Of a DNA stretch of 64,000 nt, positions 40,000 through 50,274 are shown in pieces (the first letter of the stretch is position 1; each line of letters opens with the position of its first letter). The stretch lies in assembly GCA_963754875.1 (NCBI GenBank), contig CAVWHO010000008.1, positions 64,001 to 128,000 of the forward strand, read 5' to 3'. The notes under the pieces were generated by a model. It had not been told where the DNA came from and did no database searches. It saw only the letters and a program-made list of their open reading frames with translations. A program made the translations under genes and the position numbers. The DNA is from Nitrospirota bacterium (lineage in GTDB: Bacteria; Nitrospirota; UBA9217).

Positions 40000-40992
40000 C
40001 TATTGTAGTGCTGGAGGCTTCAGATCCCGTTCCGGTTGAGCTTGTTCGGGAGCAGGTGGAGCCGGTTTCGGTTCAGGAACTGTATTCCGATCCTGAGGCG
40101 TTAGCGGCACTGGGGTTGCGGGGACCGGTGCTGGTTTTGGCTTTTGTTCTCGGGCAGTCTCTCCCGTGGACTGAGATGGCGTCGACTGCAAGCCCGCAGC
40201 CGCTGGTTGCTGTTTTCGCTTAAGCGGTCGGGCATTTTCCGTTTGAATTTTTCGATTCGCGATCCCGGCCGCGGTAATCATCAAGTCTCTGATTACGGCA
40301 TTTTTAGGCTCGTCGACAGCCAATTCCTTACCGTTCAGCAGCAACCGCAGCGCGCCGGCGTTGCCGTAACTGAGCAGGAACCGTTCATCAGCGCTCCAGA
40401 TAAGGCTTTCCCCTTTTGCTAAAATCGCCTTTTTCTGCGGGCTCGCATCGGTCCTGACCAAAAGCCAGGTATCTTCAAGAGCGATTACTTCGAGATAGAG
40501 TTTCTCCGGTTTCAGCGGTTCACCTGACAGGGCAGGCGCCGTACCCCCTGTCGACGGGAATGGCGCTGCAGACCGCTGAATTTCTTTCCGATGCCGTTGC
40601 GGGAGGGCTGCAAACAGGGCAATCACAAGAGCAATAATAATGACCGTTCCCCAGACAAAGGGTTCAAACGGGAATTTTGCGGACATACTCTTCTCCGGTT
40701 TCTCGGCAATCGGCTGCGGAGCGCTCTGAGGGGCCTGCGCTACAGTAACAGGTGGAGGTGTCTGCTGCGATTCTGCGAATTTTTTCATTACCTCGGTTTC
40801 ATCGAGCTTTAGGAACTTGCTATAGTTCTTCAGGAAACCTCTGACAAACACCGCTCCCGGCAGTTTAGAAAAATCTTCTGCTTCGAGTGCCTTCAAATAC
40901 TGAAGGCTGATACGGGTCTGCTGGGCGGCTTCGCGCAGGTCGATACCCTGTTCCTCTCGTGCGCTACGCAAGTATTTTCCTAACGTCCCCAT
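40000..40992 (-). CDS. rodZ: RodZ-like protein (HTH, TM, DUF4115)
   Basis: LGKYLRSARE, ALEAEDFSKLPG.VFVRGFLKNY, one TM, GNAGALRLLLNG. Confidence 0.85.
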   Translation of the reverse strand: MGTLGKYLRSAREEQGIDLREAAQQTRISLQYLKALEAEDFSKLPGAVFVRGFLKNYSKFLKLDETEVMKKFAESQQTPPPVTVAQAPQSAPQPIAEKPEKSMSAKFPFEPFVWGTVIIIALVIALFAALPQRHRKEIQRSAAPFPSTGGTAPALSGEPLKPEKLYLEVIALEDTWLLVRTDASPQKKAILAKGESLIWSADERFLLSYGNAGALRLLLNGKELAVDEPKNAVIRDLMITAAGIANRKIQTENARPLKRKQQPAAAGLQSTPSQSTGETAREQKPKPAPVPATPVPLTPQDRNTVPEPKPAPPAPEQAQPERDLKPPALQ

Positions 40993-40996
40993 CCGA

Positions 40997-41740
40997 TCAC
41001 CTCAGGGTTTTTATATAGTCATTTGCTTTACGGGCAATTTCACTTTTGGGAGCAAGGTCGGCGGCTCTTTTAAACTCGGAAAGAGCGGACTTCTTATTGC
41101 CGTTTTTCAAAAACGCCACGGCAAGACTGAACCTCATGGTCGCATTCTGGGGAGCCATCGCTACTCCTTCCTGAAATTCACGGATCGCGTCATTGACCCG
41201 ACCAGCCTCGAACAGCGCAGTACCCAGCTTTTGAATCGTGAACTCAAGATTAGCGAATTGTTTTGATTCGCTATAGGCTTCTATGGCTTTCGGGTAGTCT
41301 TTCTGCGCCATATACAGATCGCCGAGATTGATTAAGGGAATGTGGGGGGTCGTATAGAGTTTATTCTCAAGAGCCTTATTGAATGACGTGATCGCTTCTT
41401 TCCATTTTTGTTGTTTAAAGTAAACGACTCCGAGGGCATTGTATGCTTCGGAAAAATTGGGATCCAAATCGATGGCCTGCTTATAGTATTTCTGGGAGTC
41501 TTCAAACTTACCCTGATAGTCGCTGATGATTCCGAGTCCGTAATAGGCCTGTTTGTAGGTATGGTCTGTTTCAATCGACCGGTTAAATTCGACTGATGCG
41601 AGCTCGAGGTTCCTTTCCTGAAGATAGGAAAGCCCCCTCGTGTAATACCCTTCAGCCATTTTTGACTTATCTATCGTCGGGCCGGTTGTAGTAACGCATC
41701 CGGCCAAAACCAGTAAAATCAACAGTACAGCAACTCTCAT
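40997..41740 (-). CDS. TPR lipoprotein, PilF/PilW-like
   Basis: LAGC lipobox, multiple TPRs, AL.N.LY.TP motif; upstream of rodZ. Confidence 0.8.
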   Translation of the reverse strand: MRVAVLLILLVLAGCVTTTGPTIDKSKMAEGYYTRGLSYLQERNLELASVEFNRSIETDHTYKQAYYGLGIISDYQGKFEDSQKYYKQAIDLDPNFSEAYNALGVVYFKQQKWKEAITSFNKALENKLYTTPHIPLINLGDLYMAQKDYPKAIEAYSESKQFANLEFTIQKLGTALFEAGRVNDAIREFQEGVAMAPQNATMRFSLAVAFLKNGNKKSALSEFKRAADLAPKSEIARKANDYIKTLR

Positions 41741-41755
41741 TGTAGCGTACTCCTT

Positions 41756-42672
41756 TCAAAATGATGCAAGAAGCCGTGCAAGCGCCTCCCGGTCGCGGCT
41801 TACAACGCCGGTTGCAGGTTGGACGTCCTTTTTCATCTTCGGTTTCTGCGTTTTTACGATCCCGGCGTTAATCGCTTCCTGGATGATATCGCGCCGCCCC
41901 TTTGACACCGTCGGCGCCTGCGCTGCCTTGGTATAAGTTTGCTCGGGGAATTCCCGACTCTCCTCATCCTCCGCTTGCGCCGCAGGAGCAGCCTTTTCAG
42001 TCCTCTGCTTCCTTGATTTCGCCTGGGGAGCCGAGGCTGGTGTTGCCGGGGGTTCGGGAACGATCGGCTCCGGCAAAATGTGCTGCACCGGTTGCGGCTG
42101 GACCTGCTGTCCCCGGGAAGATTGAGGTACGATCGGAGCAGCAGGTACATGCTGCGTTTGAGGGGGCTGCGGCACGTCCTGGGACGGGGGTGCAGGCTGT
42201 GATTGCGGTAGTTGCTGCGGGACTGAGGGAACCTCGGCAACCGATGTTGTCTCCTCAAGGGGCGCAGGAATTCTACGGATTTTTCCTGGTCCGGTAAAAA
42301 AATGTCCTGTCGTATCGATCCAGCGATCCCTTTCGTCGCGGGACATGGCTTGCGAGGTTCACTTCGTCGAGCATCGCACCGAGGCCTTCGGCGAATGAGT
42401 GCGCCTCTTCTTCCACCGAGCCCAAATCCCGCTCAGGGAAGGGATTTGAAGTATGGGAATAGAACAGTTTTCTTCCCGTAAGAAAAAGGTGAATTCCGAT
42501 GTAGGCGGACATTTTCTCCCCTGCTTCGTTGAAAGAAGATGACGTAGCTCCGCGCCTCTTCAGACATCATTTCAGGCGTCGCGACCTGGTGATTGTTCAT
42601 GGAAAAGAACGCCTTCATCATGTTCCGTTCCCTTACGTTGAGGTCTTTTATGTCGGTGTCGATAGTGAACAT
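41756..42672 (-). CDS. Hypothetical protein with Pro/Gln-rich linker (frameshifts near 42530 and 42348)
   Basis: Three consecutive ORF pieces join by removing single bases: MFTIDTD...ARSYVIFF / MSAYIGIHL...FAEGLGAMLDEV / MSRDERDRWI...EALARLLASF. Confidence 0.7.
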
Positions 42673-42765
42673 CGTATTCCCAATAATTCGCAAATATAAA
42701 ATCTGACGTAAAAAATCTCTCTGATGCTGTCATTTTCGGACAGGGAACCGAAAACAAATTTATGG

Positions 42766-43674
42766 TCAGATATCCTCAAAATGCGTCAGCTTTTTAAACT
42801 CGCGGTACCGGTCCTCGATTTCCTTGTAGTCCAGGCTTCGGAGCCGGTCGAGACTGAAAGCCTCTACATTCAGTGAAGCCATGACACTGCCGAAAATCAC
42901 GGCCTTGCGCATGCTGTCCTCGGAAAAATTCATGGTGCTCGCGAGGTATCCCATAAAACCACCCGCAAACGTGTCCCCTGCTCCAGTGGGGTCAAACACC
43001 GACTCGAGCGGATAGGCGGGCGCACTGAACACACTATGGCCGTTGAACATGAGCGCCCCATAACTCCCCTGCTTTACGACGATTGTCTTCGGCCCCATGG
43101 TCTGCACGCTCTTTGCCGCTTTCACCAGGCTCGACTCGCCGGCAAGCTGTCTGATCTCTGCTTCGTTGATCGTAAGTAGGTCTACTTCCTTCAGCGTGCG
43201 CTTCAAAGCGTCGAGCTTGCTCGAAATCCAGTAATTCATGGTATCGCACGCTACGAGTTTCGGTCTCTCAACCTGCCTGAGGACATCGAGCTGTATTTCC
43301 GGGTCGACGTTTGCAAGGAAGACGACGTCGGAGGTTTTATAATCATCAGTAATGTTCGGCTTGAAGGTGGCCAGCACGTTCAGGTGCGTGGCGAGCGTAT
43401 GCGCTTCGTTTAGATCGTATCCGTATTCGCCTTTCCAGCGGAACGTCTCGCCCTTTTGGGCTTCAAGACCGCGTGTATCGATATTTTTACTCTTGAGAAA
43501 TTGGATATGCTCCTTGGGAAAGTCCTCACCGATCACGGCTACGAGCCGTACATCGGTGAAATAACTGGCTGAGGTGGAAAAATAAGTTGCTGAGCCGCCG
43601 AGGGCATTATCAACAGTTCCGAAGGGGGTTTTGACCGAATCCAGGGCAACGGTACCGACAACGAGCAAACTCAC
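42766..43674 (-). CDS. PfkB/ribokinase-family kinase
   Basis: VVGTVALDSVKTP, LGGSATY, DTMNYWI, INEAE, DPTGAGDTFAGGF; GGAGG RBS before GTG 43674. Confidence 0.92.
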   Translation of the reverse strand: MSLLVVGTVALDSVKTPFGTVDNALGGSATYFSTSASYFTDVRLVAVIGEDFPKEHIQFLKSKNIDTRGLEAQKGETFRWKGEYGYDLNEAHTLATHLNVLATFKPNITDDYKTSDVVFLANVDPEIQLDVLRQVERPKLVACDTMNYWISSKLDALKRTLKEVDLLTINEAEIRQLAGESSLVKAAKSVQTMGPKTIVVKQGSYGALMFNGHSVFSAPAYPLESVFDPTGAGDTFAGGFMGYLASTMNFSEDSMRKAVIFGSVMASLNVEAFSLDRLRSLDYKEIEDRYREFKKLTHFEDI

Positions 43675-43710
43675 AAAATGACCTCCAAAACCATAAGATA
43701 TACGTCCATC

Positions 43711-43782
43711 GACGGACACTGATGGAAACGGATACAATCGAAGAAATAAAATCCAGAGGGGACATCCGTGCCTGTCCCCGTG
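43711..43782. repeat. Degenerate decamer inverted element
   Basis: GACGGACACTGATGGAAACGGATA ... ATCCGTGCCTGTCCCCGTGC between mtnP and the PfkB gene. Confidence 0.5.
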
Positions 43783-43790
43783 CAAAAAAT

Positions 43791-44681
43791 CTATTTCTTC
43801 TTCAAATACTTCCCGATGATGGGTGCGAGATCCTTCTTCGTCTTTGCCGGGATCAGTTTCTCCGGCGTCATGATGGTGTTCCGGAGCGCCTCGCCGCAGG
43901 AACAGGCGCGCGCCGCCGGCAGGCTGCGTACCGCCTCCCGGATCATGGCCTTCGAGGTTTCGACATTATGTTTCATCACTTCGAGCACCGCCTCGACGGT
44001 CACGGCCTCCTCGCTGTGGTGCCAGCAGTCGTAATCCGTTGCCAACGCGATCGTGCTGTAACAGATCTCGGCTTCCCGCGCGAGCTTGGCCTCGGTGGCG
44101 TTCGTCATACCGATCACATCGACATTCCACTGCCGGTACGTGAGCGACTCGGCGCGCGTTGAGAACTGCGGCCCCTCCATGCAGATATAAGTGCCGTCAC
44201 GGTGGACTGTCGCCCCTACCCGTATCCCGGCGTTTATCAGGACCGTGCAGAGATCGGCGCAGACCGGGTCAGCCATTCCCACATGCGCGACAACGCCGTT
44301 GCCGAAAAAGGTGCTTCTGCGGAGCTTCGTAAGGTCGTAGAACTGGTCCGGGACCACGATATCGCCGGGCCTGATTTCTTCCCTCATGCTGCCGACGGCG
44401 CTGACAGAGATGATCCGTTCCACGCCGAGTTTTTTCATGCCGTAGATGTTTGCGCGGTAGTTGATGTCCGTGGGGAGCACGCGGTGACCGCGTCCGTGGC
44501 GGGGAAGAAACGCCACGCGTTTGCCGTGCAGTGTTCCGATGAGGTAATCATCCGATGGTTTGCCGTAAGGGGTTGCGATCTTGAGGGCCTTGATCTGCGT
44601 CAGCCCTTCCATCTCATAGAGACCGCTGCCGCCAATGACGCCGATGCTGATTTTTTCCGACTGTGCACTCCGCTTGGCCAT
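43791..44681 (-). CDS. mtnP: S-methyl-5'-thioadenosine phosphorylase
   Basis: GVIGGSGLY, FLPRHGRGH, SAVGS, EGPQFSTRAES, IGMT, ATDYDCW. Confidence 0.96.
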   Translation of the reverse strand: MAKRSAQSEKISIGVIGGSGLYEMEGLTQIKALKIATPYGKPSDDYLIGTLHGKRVAFLPRHGRGHRVLPTDINYRANIYGMKKLGVERIISVSAVGSMREEIRPGDIVVPDQFYDLTKLRRSTFFGNGVVAHVGMADPVCADLCTVLINAGIRVGATVHRDGTYICMEGPQFSTRAESLTYRQWNVDVIGMTNATEAKLAREAEICYSTIALATDYDCWHHSEEAVTVEAVLEVMKHNVETSKAMIREAVRSLPAARACSCGEALRNTIMTPEKLIPAKTKKDLAPIIGKYLKKK

Positions 44682-44809
44682 GTTCTATCGATTCCTTAAT
44701 TAGCTCGGGACGCATATTTTCGCTGATTACTGCTGAAGGAAAAAACATAAACTCGTATTAGGATATGAACGCGCTGTTTACATGCGTGATTCCGATATCA
44801 GCACGTTTC

Positions 44810-45076
44810 TCATGCCTGCGTCACACTCTGTTCCGATTCTTTTTTCATCTCGACGTGATCAAGGAGCTCGACAGGTTTTTCCGGTATGATGGTGGATATG
44901 GCGTGTTTATAAACGAGCTGCTGATTGTCCTGTTTGAGAAGTATGACGAAGTTATCGAACCCCTTGATCGTCCCCGTAAGTCGCGCACCATTGACCAGGT
45001 ACATTGTCACTGGAATTTTTTCCTTGCGCATCTGGTTTAAGAAAATGTCCTGGAGATTTACCTGCGACTTTCCCAT
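44810..45076 (-). CDS. hfq: RNA chaperone Hfq
   Basis: [28 protein letters not shown]; follows miaA. Confidence 0.97.
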   Translation of the reverse strand: MGKSQVNLQDIFLNQMRKEKIPVTMYLVNGARLTGTIKGFDNFVILLKQDNQQLVYKHAISTIIPEKPVELLDHVEMKKESEQSVTQA

Positions 45077-45145
45077 CCAACCCTCCGAAAAAACATCGCG
45101 AGAATCTGCGCTCAGCATGCCCGCGACAAAATAATTTTTGTAATC

Positions 45146-46099
45146 TTATACTAACTTCTTTGAAATTTCAACGTATTTCTTTATCCGCTCCAAAATATCC
45201 TCTGACGGTTCGAGCCCTGTAATGTCCACCCACGTCGCCTCGTTCTCGCGCCTGAACCAGGTAAATTGACGTTTGGCATACCGCTTGGTGTCGCGCTTGA
45301 GCAAGGCGACTGCCTCGTCCCGGGATGTCTTGCCCAGGAAGTGCGCCATGAAGTGCTTGTACCCCAGCCCCTGCATGGATATCAGATCAGGTTTGAATCC
45401 GCGGTCCATCAGCGTCTTGACCTCGGCTTCCAGCCCCTGATCGAGCATATGATCTACGCGCTTCTCGATACGCGGATAGAGTTCACTTCTGCTCCTCACC
45501 AAGAAGAGCAAGTTGAACCGGTACGGCCGCTCTTGGAACGCGTGGTCGCTGTGGAATTCGGAGAGTTTCCTGTCACGGAGGTAGTACACTTCCAGTGCGC
45601 GCACCGTTCGCCGGAGATCGTTCGGATGGATCTTGACCGCTGCCTCGGGGTCCACCTTGACCAGGTCGGAATAGAGCACACCCGGCTCCCCTTCTGCTTC
45701 CCGCTGCAGCAGCCGCTCGCGCAGTTCGATGTCGGCTGGCGGCCCGTGGAAGAGTCCCCGCATGAGTGCGCGGATATAAAGCCCGGTCCCTCCAACCACC
45801 AAGGGAATCCCGCCTGCTGCAATAATACCATCGATAACCGACCGTGCGTCGCGGAGGTAATCGCCGACGCTGTAATGCTGGTTCGGCTCCACGATGTCGA
45901 TCATATGGTGATAAACGAGTTTGCGCTGTTCCGGCGAGGGTTTGGCCGTGCCGATGTCCATGCCTCGGTAGATCTGCATGGAGTCAGCGCCTACGATTTC
46001 CGCGCGAAGCTCCTGTGCGAGGAGAATGGAGACATCCGTTTTGCCGACCGCGGTAGGGCCTGCCAGAATGAGGATGGGGTTATTGAGCGGTTCTGCCAT
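45146..46099 (-). CDS. miaA: tRNA dimethylallyltransferase
   Basis: GPTAVGKT, DSMQIYRGMDIGTAKP, VGGTGLY, HPND, YAKRQFTWF. Confidence 0.98.
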   Translation of the reverse strand: MAEPLNNPILILAGPTAVGKTDVSILLAQELRAEIVGADSMQIYRGMDIGTAKPSPEQRKLVYHHMIDIVEPNQHYSVGDYLRDARSVIDGIIAAGGIPLVVGGTGLYIRALMRGLFHGPPADIELRERLLQREAEGEPGVLYSDLVKVDPEAAVKIHPNDLRRTVRALEVYYLRDRKLSEFHSDHAFQERPYRFNLLFLVRSRSELYPRIEKRVDHMLDQGLEAEVKTLMDRGFKPDLISMQGLGYKHFMAHFLGKTSRDEAVALLKRDTKRYAKRQFTWFRRENEATWVDITGLEPSEDILERIKKYVEISKKLV

Positions 46100-46502
46100 G
46101 GCTGACGATCTCGATCGGGAACTCTTTCTTGCGCCAGTTTTTCATAGCGCCTTCCAAGGAAAACACCTTTTTATAGCCGGACAGGAAAAGTGAAATTCCG
46201 GCAATGCCTGCACGGGGCCCATGTTCGCAGTAAAGGACCACCGGATCCGTTTTCGAATAACCGAGCTGTTTGAGTCCCGAGCTGATCGAATAGAATGGAA
46301 TGTGCGTTGCACCGGGCACATGGTCCCTGTCGTATTCACCTTGAGAACGGACGTCCACAATGAGTGGAGCGTTCCCTTCCTGCATCCGTTTGAGGAGCTC
46401 GTCTCCTGTCATGCTTACGGCGCATCCGGTTACGCAGATGGAAACAAGGAAGGCAAAAACCGACGAGGCGACGACCGTATAGAAAAAGCGCGATATTAAC
46501 AT
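46080..46502 (-). CDS. Rhodanese-domain lipoprotein
   Basis: VTGC lipobox, IVDVRS..EY...HVPGA, LYCEHGPRA, LEGAMKNW. Confidence 0.88.
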   Translation of the reverse strand: MLISRFFYTVVASSVFAFLVSICVTGCAVSMTGDELLKRMQEGNAPLIVDVRSQGEYDRDHVPGATHIPFYSISSGLKQLGYSKTDPVVLYCEHGPRAGIAGISLFLSGYKKVFSLEGAMKNWRKKEFPIEIVSHGRTAQ

Positions 46503-46571
46503 AGAACCGTATAGTGCAAAAAGCACGTCCGTAATGCTAAGTTCCAAAGAGCACGGGTTCCGAAAAACCGT

Positions 46572-46943
46572 TCATGCTCGTTTTATTGACTGTCTTTTCT
46601 TTAGAGCCATGTCCTCTGCATGGGCCTGCAGACCTTTGACCCGTATCTGCATGATACACGCCCTGCGGTCAGAACGGAATACAAAACCGATGGCTTTTGA
46701 AATAAAATTACTGAACTTTTTACAATCCTTAGGATCGGGATACGTAGCACATTCTGCGCACGAGGAATACTGTGCTTCCCTGCAGCGGGCGCGCACTTTG
46801 CACCAGGTCGCTTTTTCGTTCTGAAGACAGCCGGGACACCGTCCTTTGAAATAACTGCCGCATGCGCCGCAGTACAAACCGCAAAAGGCAACCAGTCCTG
46901 TATCAGCAACGATCTTTCTTATGGCGTTCTCCTGTCTTCGCAT
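46572..46943 (-). CDS. DUF3795-like Cys-rich protein
   Basis: CGLYCGAC, CPGC, CKVRARC, CAEC pattern. Confidence 0.85.
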   Translation of the reverse strand: MRRQENAIRKIVADTGLVAFCGLYCGACGSYFKGRCPGCLQNEKATWCKVRARCREAQYSSCAECATYPDPKDCKKFSNFISKAIGFVFRSDRRACIMQIRVKGLQAHAEDMALKKRQSIKRA

Positions 46944-46974
46944 GCACAGTGAACAACGCGTGTGCAGTGAACGC

Positions 46975-48783
46975 CTATAACCGCTTAAACATCTTCCTGA
47001 TGTCGTCGAGGGAGAACCTGATGACCGTAGGCCTGCCGTGCGGGCAGGTGTGCGGCATGCGGCATTTAAAAAGGTTATGGAGCAGCACTTCCATCTCTAC
47101 TTGATCGAGGCGCCGGTGGATCTTGATGGCCGGGTGGCATGCCATTACGCTCAAGACCTCATCGCGGAGCGTTTCCATTTTATTACTGCTGCCGTGGACG
47201 TTTACTTCGTCCAGGATGTCGAGCAAAAGCTGTTTATAATCAGCACCGATGAGAAGCGCCGGTACTGCCTTGACGACAAACGTGCCGTTCCCGAAGTCTT
47301 CCACGAGAAAACCGGCCTTGCTGAGTTCGGGAAGATATTCCGACAGCAGATCGCTCTGGGCAGGACCGAGTTCAACCTGGTCCGGCACCAGGAGGTTCTG
47401 AATCTGCGCCGACCCTGAACTGAACTGGTTTTGCAGTTTCTCGAACAATACCCGCTCGTGGGCAGCGTGCTGGTCAATGATGGCCATACCCTCTTTCGAC
47501 TGGGCAATAATAAAAGAGTCGTGGATTTGTGCCAGGGGGAAAAGATCGTGTGCTGAAGTGATCGAAGTTTGCCCATCGACATCGGAATTTTTTTCCCCCC
47601 GGGAGACATCCGGCTCGGACTGCAGGGCCGCTGCACTGAGGTCCCTCTTTCGCCGCCCGAAGAGGAGAGAAGATTTTAGTTCAAAAGTCGGGGCACCGCC
47701 GGCGGGCTGTCCCTTCAGATAATCAGAGAGCGCTTCTTTTACAGCGCTGTCGTATTGTCCCGGTACATCGGCGGTATCGATGACGGGCATCCCATGAGCA
47801 CGCAGCCCTTCCCTGATCACGTCTCGGAGCAGATCATGGATCTGCGATTGGTTCCGAAACCGCACTTCTGCCTTGGCAGGATGCACATTCACATCAACGA
47901 GCGAAGGGTCCATTTCGATAAAGATAAAACCGACCGGATGCCGGTCGCGCATCAGCATGTCACCGTACGCGCTGTAGAGCGCGTGCGTAAGCGAAGCATT
48001 CTTCACTGCGCGGTGATTCACATAAAAGTCCTGGTAGGTGCGGTCCGCGCGGCTATACGCCGGACGTCCGATAAGACCGTGGATATGGACGTTGTCTCGT
48101 CCGCCCGAAAAGGGCATGACGTTTTCCACGATCTCGTTGCCATACAGCTGGAACGCCCTTTCTTTCTCGCTCAGAGAGCGCGGCAGGTCGAGGACCGTTT
48201 TCTTGTTGTGCGTGAGCTTGAACCTGAGAGAAGGGTGCGCCATCGCCTGGCGGGACACTGCGGTCACAATATGCGAGAATTCGGTCGCAGTGCTTTTCAG
48301 GAACTTGAGGCGGGCAGGCGTGTTGTAGAAGAGGTGGCCTACTTCAAACGATGTGCCCTGCGAGGCTGCGGCGTCTGCTATGGATTTTACCTTTCCTGCT
48401 TCGATCTCGATCATAACCCCGGCGGAATTTCCCGGAGTGGCCGTCACCATCCTGATCTGGGATACCGCTGCAATGCTCGAAAGTGCTTCGCCGCGAAAAC
48501 CCATGGTGTGGATAGACTCGAGGTCCGCGTCATCGCTGATCTTGCTCGTCGCATGCCTCAGGAACGCGGTCTTCGCGTCTTCCTTCGACATGCCGCTGCC
48601 GTTGTCCGAAATGCGGATGAGCCGGGTGCCCGCCTGCTCGACATCGATGAATATTTCAGTGGCGCCGGCGTCAATGGAGTTTTCGATCAGTTCCTTAACG
48701 ACCGATGCGGGCCGCTCCACCACTTCGCCGGCAGCAATCTTGTTGATGACGTGGTCGGGAAGGATTTTGATGGTTGGGGTCAT
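46975..48783 (-). CDS. mutL: DNA mismatch repair endonuclease MutL
   Basis: IAAGEVVERP, GFRGEAL, VDVNVHPAK, DQHAAHER, AC, CPHGRP endonuclease motifs. Confidence 0.98.
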   Translation of the reverse strand: MTPTIKILPDHVINKIAAGEVVERPASVVKELIENSIDAGATEIFIDVEQAGTRLIRISDNGSGMSKEDAKTAFLRHATSKISDDADLESIHTMGFRGEALSSIAAVSQIRMVTATPGNSAGVMIEIEAGKVKSIADAAASQGTSFEVGHLFYNTPARLKFLKSTATEFSHIVTAVSRQAMAHPSLRFKLTHNKKTVLDLPRSLSEKERAFQLYGNEIVENVMPFSGGRDNVHIHGLIGRPAYSRADRTYQDFYVNHRAVKNASLTHALYSAYGDMLMRDRHPVGFIFIEMDPSLVDVNVHPAKAEVRFRNQSQIHDLLRDVIREGLRAHGMPVIDTADVPGQYDSAVKEALSDYLKGQPAGGAPTFELKSSLLFGRRKRDLSAAALQSEPDVSRGEKNSDVDGQTSITSAHDLFPLAQIHDSFIIAQSKEGMAIIDQHAAHERVLFEKLQNQFSSGSAQIQNLLVPDQVELGPAQSDLLSEYLPELSKAGFLVEDFGNGTFVVKAVPALLIGADYKQLLLDILDEVNVHGSSNKMETLRDEVLSVMACHPAIKIHRRLDQVEMEVLLHNLFKCRMPHTCPHGRPTVIRFSLDDIRKMFKRL

Positions 48784-48788
48784 AAATT

Positions 48789-48865
48789 CAGGATGCAGGA
48801 GTCAGGGGCCGGAAGCCAGGAGAAAGCGGCTCTCTTCTGGTTTCTGTATTCCGACTTCTGACTAC
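48789..48865. repeat. Inverted heptamer tandem element
   Basis: CAGGATG CAGGAGT CAGGGGC CGGAAGC CAGGAGA ... TTCTGGT TTCTGTA TTCCGAC TTCTGAC. Confidence 0.7.
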
Positions 48866-48872
48866 GTTTTTC

Positions 48873-50222
48873 TCAATACTTCAGCTTCGCTTTTTCCTGA
48901 TTCGCCACCACCACGATCACCATTTTATCGGGATGCAGGTATTTCTTTGCTACCCGCTGGATATCTTCCCTGGTCACTGCGTTGATCAGGGCCGGGTACT
49001 TCGTGGGATAATCGAGGCCAAGGTTGTAAATCTCGATGGAAGCGAGCATGCCGGCTATCTTGGAGTACGTGTCCATCCTCAGGGGGAAGCTGCCGCTCAA
49101 ATATGCTTTGGCATCGGCCAGTTCCTTGTCCGAAACGAACTCTGTCTGGATCCTGCGGATCTCCTTCTGCGTCTCATGTATCACGTCGTTAGCTGAGTCG
49201 TTTTTTGTCTGAATCGACACCGTGAATGCCCCTGGTTCTTTCTGCGCGGAGAACCCGCTGTGGACGTCATAGGCCAGTCCCTTGTTGTCTCGGATATTGT
49301 CCATAAGGCGTGAGGAAAAACCGCCGCCTCCCAGGATGTAGTTCATTACCGAGACGGCATAGAAGTCGGGGTTCTCCCTGCTGATGCCGATATGCCCCAT
49401 ATCGATGTTCGCCTGAGCGACGTCCTTGTCTATCTTCTGGACGACGGTCTTCTCGATCACCGGCGGCGGGATCTCCGCGGGAAGCGGCTGCGCCTTCCTC
49501 TGCCACGTTTTGAAATAGTCGTTCAGCAAATCGACGATTTCCTTCTCGGACACATCCCCCACAATGGCGATAATTGTATTGTCCGGGCTGTAACGCGACG
49601 AATAAAAATCAAAGACATCCTGCCGCGTGAGTTTCGGAAGGTAGGCTGCCACATCATCGTTCGTCCTGCCGTAGGGATGGCCGCCGAAGACGGCTTTCGC
49701 GAAGGCCTGACTTGCAACGATGCCCGGCTCTTCTTTCTGCCGCTGGATCTCAGCGAGGGTCTCCTTCACCTTGCGGTCGATCTCTTTCTGGTCGAAGATC
49801 GGGTTCAGGAGAACGTCGGACAGCAGGTCCAGACCGGTGCGAATGTCCTTTTTGAGCACCCTGAGATTAGCGGAGGCGAAATCCTCTCCGCCTCCCGTCG
49901 AGAGCGACCCGCCGATAAAATCGATCTCCTGGTGAATCTGGTTTGCCGTGCGTTTTTTCGTACCCTGCATCAGAAGTGACGCTGTAATGGACGCCAGTCC
50001 GGGTTTGTCTTCCGGTACTGCCGTGCTCCCCGCTTTGATCGCCATGTTCACTGTGACCATCGGAATTTCATGTTTCTCGGCAAGCAGCAGGACCATGCCA
50101 TTTTCGAGGAGAATGCGCTTGCCGAGCGGTTCAGCAGACGCAGGGTTTGAAACAAAGAGCGTCAAGATGACCAGAATGGCAGTAAACAGTATTTTTTCAG
50201 TTATAATCGCGTTATTCCGCAT
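48873..50222 (-). CDS. M16B peptidase, non-catalytic subunit, exported
   Basis: Signal peptide; M16 fold motifs without HxxEH; GGGGFSSRL...KGLAY. Confidence 0.9.
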   Translation of the reverse strand: MRNNAIITEKILFTAILVILTLFVSNPASAEPLGKRILLENGMVLLLAEKHEIPMVTVNMAIKAGSTAVPEDKPGLASITASLLMQGTKKRTANQIHQEIDFIGGSLSTGGGEDFASANLRVLKKDIRTGLDLLSDVLLNPIFDQKEIDRKVKETLAEIQRQKEEPGIVASQAFAKAVFGGHPYGRTNDDVAAYLPKLTRQDVFDFYSSRYSPDNTIIAIVGDVSEKEIVDLLNDYFKTWQRKAQPLPAEIPPPVIEKTVVQKIDKDVAQANIDMGHIGISRENPDFYAVSVMNYILGGGGFSSRLMDNIRDNKGLAYDVHSGFSAQKEPGAFTVSIQTKNDSANDVIHETQKEIRRIQTEFVSDKELADAKAYLSGSFPLRMDTYSKIAGMLASIEIYNLGLDYPTKYPALINAVTREDIQRVAKKYLHPDKMVIVVVANQEKAKLKY

Positions 50223-50274
50223 TAGGCACTCCGTTTATGCCCGCGCTTCCGCACGAGCAAGGGTACATTCCACA

